A stretch of 64,000 bases of DNA, from assembly GCA_964016885.1 (NCBI GenBank), contig OZ024740.1, positions 350,362,001 to 350,426,000 of the forward strand, in the 5' to 3' direction. Shown here piece after piece: positions 1-10,394 of the stretch (the stretch's first letter is position 1; each line of letters begins with the position of its first letter). The translations under genes and the position numbers were made by a program. The notes under the pieces were generated by a model. That model was given only the letters and a program-made list of their open reading frames with translations. It had not been told where the DNA came from and made no database searches. The DNA is from Eledone cirrhosa (taxonomy: Eukaryota).

Positions 1-86
1 CTGCCCGTTATTTGGCCCTTCGGGGTTAAATAACTGCTTATTGGGGTTTTGTACCCAATATTTATTTTAAACAAAAAAAAAACAAC

Positions 87-2187
87 ATGGCTACGAAAAA
101 GAAATTTCATAGGTCACTCCCACTCATTCCGTCTTCTTCTTCCTCAATCATCACTACAGCAGAGAGAAGATTGTCTCTCTCCCTCCCTTCTTTAAATGTG
201 TCTCTCTCCCTCCCTTCTCTTTCGCAAGCGACGAAAGAAAAGAAAAGTCTCGTGCAAAGCGTGCAAGGTTTCTCCACGACGACGACAGCAACGAAACAGG
301 TGTGCGGGAAATACGAAAACCCAGTTCATTCGTCTGACGTCAGGAATAATAGCAGTAGCAGCCGTAATAACAACAGCAACAGTGACAATGAAAACAACAG
401 TAGCAGCCGCAACAGCATCACCAGCAGCATAAACAACAACAGCATTAGCAGCAGCAACACCAACAACAACCACAGCAACAGCGGCGGAGGCAGTAGTCGT
501 AGTACCTGCAGCAACAACAAAAGTAACAGCAGCTCTGACGACAACAACAACAACAGCAGCAAAGAAAAACCAATCTCATTTGCAGGTATTGCGAAAAACT
601 TGGAAACAATCCTCATAACAAATGAGGAATTAGAGGAAGCGAAGAAGATGGTGACAAAGACTGGACACCGACCAATCTGCAAGGCAGCGGAAAATTTTTT
701 CGAAACCCAACAGCACTGTACGGTCACGTACCGTACAGTAAGTACAAAATCCCGTAGGGTGGAAAGAGCCACAGAGGCTCAGATACAAAAAGCCTTGGGG
801 TCTGTGTGGCAGCGGAAAACGCACATCACCCGAGGCAAAAAATATGCCACCGTAGACGTACTTTTTGCTACACCCCAGGAGGCAAAGGCCCAATCCGTAG
901 TGACCCTAAGGAGCGAGGAAATGGTGTTGGAGCCCTCCTACTGCGGGCAAAAAATTGTGAGGGTCAAACTGACCCACGTCTCCCCCGGGATGGCCCCTTC
1001 TTGGCTGGCCGCGTCTGTCCTCGTCGGAATCGAGGACAAAACAACTGTACTGCAAGTACAGAAAAAAGTAAGAGAAGATTGGGTCGGCTCCTCCATTGAG
1101 ATGCTAATCCAAACCAACCAGGAGTGCATCGAAGCTATCCCGGATGTGATAGACTTCGATAACGGCACTCAACTGCCCATAAGTGTTGAGGGAAAACGCC
1201 CAAAATGCTTTCGCTGTGGATCGAAGACTCACCTCAGGGCCTTCTGCAACGAGAAGACCCTGAGAAAGGAGAAAACCCCCCCTCCTTCCGAAACCGGCTC
1301 CACGGCTACCAGCAACAGGACAAGCGGCAACCAGGAACGATAGGTCCGTGGCACCCTTACCCACGCCACGGAAATCAAAAACAGCAGCAGCAGTGGAAAT
1401 ATTAACAACAACAACAGCAATACCAAATGCAGCTGCAACAGAGACTCCAGTGCAAACATCACCAACAACAACAAGTGAAAGAGTGGAGCTGGTACCCCTC
1501 CCCGACCTCACAGAATCAGACATGGAGTGTGAGGTGGGAAAGGGATGGCAAAAGGTCGTAAGAAGGCACAAACGCAGAAGCAGCGCATCGTCGCCTTTGA
1601 AAAGGGAGGAAAGAAATGAGAAAAGGGTAAAGTCTACTGCAAAGAGACCCACAGCAGTAACACCACCAACACCATCACCACACAAACTAGCACCACCATC
1701 ACCACCGGCGACAACCCCACCGCCAACAACACCTTCAACACCACCACCACAAGCACCAACATCGCAAACACAACAACAAAACACACCCACCCAGCAACAA
1801 CGACAAGAAAATAGCAGAACCACACCCCACCCCCAGAAAAACAAATGCACGGCAATAAATACACACAACAAGAAACTAATGACTTACATAATTGAACACA
1901 CAGACATTTCAAAACACGACTACATAATACCAGCACCAATCAAAACGCCAACTAACATAAGACTGCTAAAAATAGCACAGAAACAATACACAAACATTAA
2001 AACGAAATTCCCCAACGCAGTTGGTGATTTCAGGGACCTAGGAGGAACTATCAATCGAAGAGTATATTCAGACATTCTCATAGAAGAGCCGACGACCAGC
2101 CGAAGGGACGATTCAACGGTCCCTTCACCAGACGATCAAGTGAAAAGGGATGTAAAAACCATCCCTCCTCTACCAAAAGTACGGTAA
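87..2187 (+). CDS. ORF1 type A (gag-like): S/N-rich N-terminus, RRM-like region, CX2CX4HX4C knuckle, P/T-rich linker; one frameshift in a C-run near 1276
   Basis: ORFs 87..1343 and 1348..2187. CFRCGSKTHLRAFC motif. The run has 7 C here and 5 C in copy 3; 6 C would join the frames. Confidence 0.85.
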
Positions 2188-2222
2188 GTGGTCTTTCCCA
2201 TCTTTTCCACTCTATTTTAAAC

Positions 2223-5200
2223 ATGACCTCACTCAGAATAGGCAGCATAAATGCGCGTGGCTTGAGGTCGTCATGGAAGCAGGGTCACCTGCTCAACGAC
2301 CTCAGGTCACTAAACATAGATGTAGTGGCCATCAGCGAGACCAGAATCTCCGAAGCACGGGCCTTCGCACCGATCTTCGGCGGCTACGATGTGTACGCAT
2401 CTCCCAGCCGTCCTGGATCGGGGGGAGGGGTTGCTGTGCTTTTCGGAGAGGTTTGAATCTCGCCATACGGGCCATCTTCCTGGACCAAGAGGGTAAGCTG
2501 GTGGTGCTGGACGTGACCAGCGGAGACGGGCAAGCTTTCAGGCTAGTGGCCGTCTATGCCCCGACAGGAGCAGGGCGGCCTGATTACTTCCGGCGTCTGG
2601 AGACCTTTCTTGGAACGTCCCGCTCTTCAGTGGGCGACTGGAACGGGATCTTAGATGCACGCTGGGACTGTGTGGGATTAGCGGATAGGGGTGGAGGGTG
2701 CAAGAGCCTCACCAACCTGCTCAGGCGTTTTGAACTGTCTGACAGGTACCGATTGGATTTCCCGAATGTGCCAATGTGGACGTGGACAAATCGTATATGG
2801 TCATCCAGATCATATCTAGATAGAGTATTTTGTAGGGAAATAGATAGGTCTAGCATAGGCTGTCCACAATTCAAGATAGTCAGCTACACGGACCACACAT
2901 TCGTGATCTGTGTGCTTGATTTAGATAGGTTTTATAGACGAGGACCCGGTTACTGGAAGCTAAACGCGTCCTTACCAGCGCGCAAGGCCTACAGAGACCG
3001 GATTAGCGAACTAGTTAAGCGGGCGTTGACGGGGGCCATCGTCAACAACAAGTGGTGGTTTGCTCTGAAAAGAGCGATTAGAATAGAATCGATTAGGTTT
3101 AGTAAGGCTTTAGCAATAGAGAAAAATAGAGCAGAGGGAGAACTAGTTAGAAAATTAGACGAGGCGCTTAGGAAAGGCATTGCGACCGACGTGCTTGCGG
3201 CGAAATTGGCCCTTGAGCAATTCTTCAATGCAAAGCACGAAGGCTGCGTTGTCAGAGCAAGGGTGCGTGCTCTCAGACACGAGGGGACGAAAGCCGTTCA
3301 ATGGGCCCGAGTGGCGGAGGCGCGTCGTGGCAACAAAGCCACGATCCGGTCTTTGGTGGACCACAACGGGCGCATGCTACTCGATCCCGGGCAAATGTGT
3401 GAAGCTTTTCAGCGACACTTCGCTCAGCTGTTCGGGGGCAGCGGTGGGCCGGGTCGAGGGATGGACTTTAGTGTCTACCTCGACGGACTGCCGCGGCTCT
3501 CGGCCACTGAGGCGAAGTGTTGCGAAAAGCCGATAACAGCCGCTGAAGTACGGGAGGCAATGACTGGCTGCACAAGGGGTAAATCGCCTGGTTTGGATGG
3601 TCTGCCCTATGAACTTTACGTACAGATGCCAGACTTGTTCGGAGGCCTCTTGGCGGACGTCTACTGCAACTGGCAACAGAACGGGAGAATTCCCAGTTCT
3701 GTGAGCCGAGGAGCGGTGGCACTGCTGAGAAAGGATCCGAACAAGGGGGATAACATAGATAATTTCCGGCCCATAACTCTGCTAAACACAGAGTTCAAGA
3801 TTTTGGCCAAGGTGCTAGCAAAGAGGTTGGCGCTTGTCGTTGGTGGACTGATGGGAGAGGCGCAGACATGCGCCATTCCCGACAGATCCATCCACGACAA
3901 CCTCCACCTCATGCGATACATTGTAGAGATGGTAGCTAAGGAACCTGGCACGGGTGGGTCCTTGATCAATTTAGATCAGTCGAAAGATTTCGATAGGGTC
4001 GACCATCGTTACCTAGCGGCAGTCCTGAGGGCGGCTGGCTTTGGGCCCGTCTTCAGAGGCTGGATCGCTGCCATGCACAGCGACATCTGCTCTTCTGTGG
4101 TGAGAGTGAACGGTCACTTGTCGGAACCGTTCAACATCATGCGCTCGGTCCGCCAAGGATGTCCCCTCTCGTCCCTCTTGTACGTATTGACTCTCGAGCC
4201 ATTACTGCACAAACTGGAGACGTTGAGGGGGGTCCCGCGCGAACTAGGATGCGGAAGATCCGTGTCAGCATATGCGGACAATGTCACCGTAGTGGTGTCG
4301 AACGCCAAACACATCGAGGCGATCGGCACTACACTAAGAGAATACGAAGCGGTGACAGGAGCAATGATCAACCAGGAAAAGTCAGTGGGCCTGCAGCTCG
4401 GCACCTGGAGAGGCAGGTCCATGCCGTCCAACAGCGTCATCGGACGCTGGACGGACGGACCGGTTCAATTGCTAGGGGTCTGGTTCGGTCCGCACCTCCA
4501 GACGGACAAAAACTGGGACGATGTGACGAGCAAGGTGGCTTCTCTCACCCAGAAATTGGCGGAGAGGAAGCTATCCCTGAAAGGTCGAGCGGAGGTGGCT
4601 AACGCGTACATCGCGTCTGTCATCTGCTACCGCCTGACCGTCGTACCTTGTCCTAAGCCTCGCCTGACTGCGCTGGAGCGTTTTTTCTTTCGCTTTTTGT
4701 GGAAGGGACGCGCTCCGATGGTCAGGCGGTCCATCTGTTGTCAACACCCGCTACGTGGAGGGCTGGGCATGCCGTGGCTGATGATGCGCAGGCACGCACT
4801 CAGGCTACGAAATCTCCACCTCTTCCTCGACGGTGATCACGTGTGGTCGCCGTTTGCTAGACACGTATTTCCCCAGCTCGTTTCCTTGACGGAGCTGCAG
4901 TCCTGGGTCAAGCGAAGACCGAGAGGGAGCGCCTGGAGACTGGAATGTCTTCAGGCGCTCACAGCCCTCGACCAATCGGGCAATGTGATCGGTGGAAACT
5001 CCACCTCGGCGTTCTATAGAGGATTAGTGGAGGGGAAGAGCGACGACGTACTTGGGGAAACTCTAGGCGTCGACGAAAATCAACTAGCCAATCTCTTCGG
5101 AAGAACTTTCGGGCCAGGGCCTATGGACAACTTCCAGAAATCTCTGGCCTGGCAGTGCTACCGAGGAGCCTTGCCAGTTCGGGATAAACTCTACAGGCAT

Positions 5201-5638
5201 GGAGGTGCCGTCAGCCGGGCATGTCCGGGATGCGCACAGGGCGACGAAACCGTCCTGCACGCACTCGTCCAGTGTCCGAAAATTGCTGACTTGTGGGTTT
5301 ATATCGAACACATGCTGTCGCGTTTAGGACGGATCCGGCTATCATCTGAGTCCATCGTGAGGATTGCCCCGCCCTCCTCCTTTAGCCGGGAAGGGCAGGC
5401 AGTTTTTATCTGTCTGGTGGCCATGGCGAAAGAGATAGTATGGTGGACACGTTTGAAAGGGCTGAAGACGAGCACTTACCTCTTCGGTGATGATCTGATT
5501 GACTTTTTCAAATTTCATTTGAAAAGGAAAATCAGAGTAGAGAGGGAAGTGCTCTCTTCCCAGCATTTTGTTGAAAGATGGGTGAGAGAAGCAAGAATGG
5601 CCCGAGTGAATGGGCCTACTCTGAGTATATATCTGTAA
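2223..5638 (+). CDS. ORF2 (APE endonuclease, reverse transcriptase, C-terminal Cys motif); frameshift near 2440
   Basis: SINARG, VAISET, GDWNG, SYLDR, TDH (APE). KSPGLDGL, FRPITLLN, VRQGCPLS, YADN (YADD in other copies). CPGC..ETVLHALVQC. Confidence 0.92.
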
Positions 5639-5891
5639 ATTAAAGGTGGAAAACTGGGAGAGGGCACTTGCCTTGGTGGTCAGGGTCATTGTGGATTTTT
5701 ACTGGGCTTTCTCCACACATGTCCCTCCGAAGTCTCCCCCCTATTGGTGAATTTTTCATTGTTATTTTTTGTTACACCCTCTGTTTTTTTTTGTTTTTTT
5801 ACACGCAGAAATGCCCATTTGTACCGTCCTGTATTGTCCTGCACTGTCCTTAATGTCTACTTTATGTAAACCCTTGTGGTTAATAAAGAAA

Positions 5892-5893
<2 letters not shown>

Positions 5894-5947
<54 letters not shown>
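5894..5947 (+). repeat. (ATT)n tail/target microsatellite between elements
   Basis: Pure ATT run. Equivalent runs at 10356-10394, 13421-13447, 14157-14177, 20211-20237, 21528-21551, 27447-27492. Confidence 0.97.
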
Positions 5948-8900
5948 GGCGACCTACGTAGTAAATAGTATTATCGTGAGCTCCGCAAAGGTTTGTTATT
6001 TTCAGTTGTTTAAAATTACCATTTATGGAAAATTTTTCTTGTTAACTGTATATAAGTGCACATACATTGTTTTCTGAAAAGGACACTCAAAAAGATTGGG
6101 GCCTTGAGGCCAAAATTTAAACTTTTATAATTATCAAAAAAAAAAAAAAAAAATCATGGCCGACTCACAGCTGAACCCAGTAGCTGAGAGCCTTCATCAC
6201 AAACTAACACCTCACACCGATACCACCATTGTAAATATTGCTACGCTTGCCAACACTAAAAATATAAGCAGTAGCAATATTTTAAATTTGTATCAGGCAG
6301 ACATTCATTTCCCGCCATTACCAATGAATGGAGGTGTTGAAGCCGCCACCCCCACCACCACCACAGCGACAACAGAAACAAAATAAAAAAATAAATTAAT
6401 TCGTGATATCGAAACGAATTCATCCAAAATGAACTCTTCCACACCGAACATCACTGACGCCACCACCACCACAACTGAAACTAAAATTAACAATAACAAA
6501 AATAACGATAACAACAACAACAATGAGAATAAGAAAACCCTGTCTTTTGCCAGAGTAGGAAAAAAGTGCGAAGCATTCCAGGTAACTCAGGAGGAATTAG
6601 AAGAAGCCAAAAAAATGGTAAAGAAAGATGGGTACAGGGTCACGCCCCCCCCAACACACACCCCACACCTAATAAAATGGAGCATCGGCGACTATGCACC
6701 GTGTCTTATCGGACGATTAACATAAAATCGCGCCGAGTGGAACGGGCATCCGAGTCCCAAAGCCAAAAAGCTTTGGGACATGTGTGGGCGAAAAAACCCC
6801 ACATCAGACGTGGGCAGAAATATGGAACCGTGGACGTGTTCTTTGAAACACCACAGGAGGCCAGAGAACACTCCATGGCCCCATTAAGAAGTGACGACTT
6901 CACACTCGTCCCAAGCTCTTGTGGCCAGAGACTTGTGAAGATCAGGGTGACCCACGTTCCACTGGCCATCGAAATTCCCTGGCTAATGGCTGCCGTCCTC
7001 GCCGGCATCGAGGCCAGCACCAAAATAATCGAAATAGCGAAAAAAAAAGCAGGAGAACTGGTCCGGATCTGGGATGGAGCTCCTGATCCAAGCGGACCAT
7101 AAAAGCATTGAAGAGATCCCAGAGGTAATAGACCTCACTGTCGGCAGCCACCTCACCGTAATCGTCGAGGGCAGAAGGCCTAGGTGTGTCGTTTGTGGTG
7201 AAGGAACCCACCTAAGGGCTTTCTGCCCTCAGGCTAAAAGGTTGAGGCCACCTCAGTGACTCAACCATCAACACCACCAGCAGCAGAGATGGCAGCAACA
7301 ACTGTAGCAGCAACAACAGAAGCAACTGTAACAGCAACAACCGCAGCAACAGTAGCAAAACCAACACCACCACCACCCAACTCGCCAGAACTAGCACCAG
7401 CGCCTACACTATCCACCACGCCACAACCAAAACCAACGCCTGTGGAGGATTTTCCACTCCCCGGCTTATCGCAACTGGAGACAGATTGTGACGACGAGGA
7501 GTGGGAAACGGTATCAGGAAAAAAGAAAAAAAGAAACCAAAAAAGAAAAAAATTCTCTTCCTTCCCCCTCCAAAAACAAAATACAGATGGGAAACAAATA
7601 AACTATCAAACAAAAAAGTTAGGACAGATATGCCACCATCCACACCAGCATCACCAACCCCATCACCACAAACAGCAACACCATCACCATCATTAACCCC
7701 AACACCACCAGCACCAACACCACAAAAGTCACCAAAAAGCGTAACAGAAACAAAACCCACAACAAACGCAAACAAAACAAAACAACCAAAACGATACACA
7801 CTACACATCATTAAATTTGAGGGGGGATTGGCAGTATCGGTAGAGAGTCGGACGCCATGCTTTGACGCATAGTTACGGCCCTTGCCATTCTGAGTTCAAA
7901 TCCCGCCGAGGTTAACTTTGCCTTTCATCCTTACGGGGTCGATAAAATAAAGTACCAGTAATGCACTGGGTAATTACTGGCCTTGTGCCAAAAGTAGAAA
8001 CAATTAAATTTGAACAACAGCCAATTATTACACTACATCCAACACAACACCAGCATCACAGAAAAAGACTACACAACAACCCCAAAAGTTCACACCAGCT
8101 CCACACATACAAATCACTCGCATCACACAGAAAACGTACATGACACTAAAACAAAAATTCCCCAAAGACATCGGAGACTTTCGACAAACACTCTCCAGGA
8201 GGATTTATAAGGACATCCTTCCGGAGGAGGCCACAACCAGTGAAAAGGATGGATTAAACCATCCTTCCTCTACGAGAAGTAAGGTATGTGGTCTTTCCCA
8301 TCTTTTCCACTCCATTTCAACATGACCTCACTGGACGGACGGACCGGTTAAATTGCTCGGGGTCTGGTTCCGTCCGGACCTCCAGACGGACAAAAACTGG
8401 GACGAGGTGACGAGCAGGGTGGCTTCTCTCACCCAGAAATGGGCGGAGAGGAAGCTATCCCTGAAAGGTCGAGCGGAGGTGGCTAATGCGTATATCGCGT
8501 CCGTCATCTACTACCGCCTGACCGTCGTACCTTGTCCTAAGCCCCGCCTGACTGCGCTGGAGCCTTTGCTCTTTCGCTTTTTGTGGAAGGGACGCGCTCC
8601 GATGGTCAGGCGGTCCATCTGCTGTCAACACCCGCTACGTGGAGGGCTGGGCATGCCGTGGCTGATGATGCGCAGACACGCGCTCAGGCTACGACATCTC
8701 CACCTCTTCCTCGACGGTGATCAGGTGTGGTCGCCTTTTGCTAGACACGTATGTCCCAGCTCCTCTCCTTGACGGAGCTGCAGTCTTGGGTCAAGCGAAG
8801 ACCGAGAGGGAGCGCTTGGAGACTGGAATGTCTTCAGGCGCTCACAGCCCTCGACCAATCGGAAAATGTGATCGGTGGAAACTCCACCTTGGCGTTCTAT

Positions 8901-9207
8901 AGAGGATTAGTGGAGGGGAATGGCGACGTACTTGGGGAAACTATAGGCGTCGACGAAAATCAACTAGCCAATCTCTTCGGAAGAACTTTGGGCCGGGGCC
9001 TATGGACAACTTCCAGAAATCCCCGGCCTACCGAGGAGCTTTGCCAGTTCGGGATAAACTCTACAGGCATGGAGGTGCCGTCAGCCGGGCATGTCCGAGA
9101 TGCGCGCAGGGCCACGAAACCGTCCTGCACGCACTCGTCCAGTGTCCGAGCATTGCTAACTTGTGGGTTTATGTCGAACACCTGCTGTCGCGTGTAGGAC
9201 GGATCCA
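5948..9207 (+). mobile_element. Tx1-clade copy 2 (ORF1 type B, degraded); EN and most of RT deleted at ~8331
   Basis: Same 5' start (GGCGACCTACG) as copy 4. CVVCGEGTHLRAFC knuckle. ORF2 ATG joined almost directly to the WTDGPVKLLG-coding region. Confidence 0.9.
7821..8002 (+). mobile_element. tRNA-derived SINE (Deu/Nin-like core) inserted in ORF1-B with 11-bp TSD
   Basis: B box GTTCAAATCC. Core GCCTTTCATCCTTACGGGGTCGATAAAATAAAGTACCAG. TSD ATTAAATTTGA at 7810-7820 and 8003-8013. Empty site present in copy 4 near 23469. Confidence 0.93.
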
Positions 9208-10353
9208 CCATGCCGTGGCTAAGGATGCGCATGCACGCGCTGAGGCTGCGGCATCTCCAGATATTCTGCCTAAACGGCGAACAGGTGTGGTCGCCGTTTG
9301 TCAGACTGGCCTTTCCGCAGCTCGTTTCTTTGACTGAGTTGCAGTCCTGGGTCAAGAAGAGACCGAGACTGGGTGACTGGCATCTGGAATTTTGCAAGGC
9401 ACTCACTGCCCTCGACCAGGCGGGCAATGCGGTCAGTGGAACTTCCACTCTCGAGTTCTATAGAGGATTAGTGGGCAAGTGCGACGACGCACTCGGAGAG
9501 GATCTGGGTGTCAACGAAGTCGAACTAACCAGTCTGTACCGGAGGACTTTCGAGCCGGGGACCATGGATAATTTCCAAAAATCCCTCGCTTGGCAGTGCT
9601 ACCGGGGGGGCACTGCCGGTTCGAGATAAACTCTACAGGCACGGAAGTGCTGTCAGACGGACTTGCCCGAGATGCGCGCAGAGCGACGAAACCGTTCTGC
9701 ACGCACTCATCCAGTGTCCGTGCATTACTGACTTGCGGAGTTATGTTGAACAGCTGTTGTCGCGTGTAGAACGGATCCGGCTATCGGCCGAGTCCATAGT
9801 GAAGATCGACCCGCCGCTTTCTTTTGGCCAGGAAGGGCAGGCAATTTTCCTCTGTCTGGTGGCAATAACGAAAGAGGTTGTATGGTGGACGAGGTTGAAA
9901 GGACTGAAGACAGACACTTTTCTCTTCGGCCAATCCCTCATCAACTTTTTCAAGTTTCACTTGGAAAGGAAGATGAGGGTGGAGAGAGAAGTGCTTCCCC
10001 CCAGTACATTTGCTGAAAGGTGGGTGAATGTGGAGAGAATGGCCCGTGTAAGTGGGCCTACTCTGGTCATGCGGCTGTAGGTAGGTAAATTTGAAGAGGA
10101 GAGGGGTGCCCTTCCAGGGTGCTCTCGAAGCGTCGGGTCGTTCAGGACTGGTGGGGTACCTGAGCGAACCCTAAGTGGTCATCCCCGCTATTGGGGAATT
10201 TTTTCTTGCTGTAATTTTATTGTTACTTTATTGTTACTTTGTTATTGTTACTTTGTTTATTCATATTGTTTATTCGATTTTTCCGTAAAACCCCACTGTC
10301 CCAGTCTTTTGTATTGTCCCCTATATGTCGGCCCTTGTGGCCAATAAATGAAA

Positions 10354-10355
<2 letters not shown>
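9208..10355 (+). mobile_element. 5'-truncated 3' end of a diverged Tx1 subfamily (type C) with its own 3'UTR
   Basis: MPWLRMRMHAL..GPTLVMRL is homologous to but clearly diverged from ORF2 of copies 1/3/4. Different 3'UTR ending CCAATAAATGAAATC(ATT)n. Confidence 0.88.

Positions 10356-10394
<39 letters not shown>

Larger units (their letters stand above)
1..5893 (+). mobile_element. Tx1/L1-clade non-LTR retrotransposon, copy 1 (ORF1 type A); 5' end cut by window edge
   Basis: ORF1 with CCHC knuckle, ORF2 with APE and RT motifs. 3' end AATAAAGAAATC followed by (ATT)n. Window start matches position ~14310 of copy 3. Confidence 0.93.

Noticed and set aside
1270-1290. Programmed ribosomal frameshift between the two ORF1-A halves
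   Set aside because: The two copies are shifted in opposite directions and ORF1-B copy 4 reads through the equivalent region, so indels explain it.
192-1939. Long antisense ORFs rich in L/V/C over ORF1 (also 14627..15106, 15573..16202)
   Set aside because: Shadow frames of CAA/CAG/CCA-rich low-complexity ORF1 sequence; no independent coding signal.
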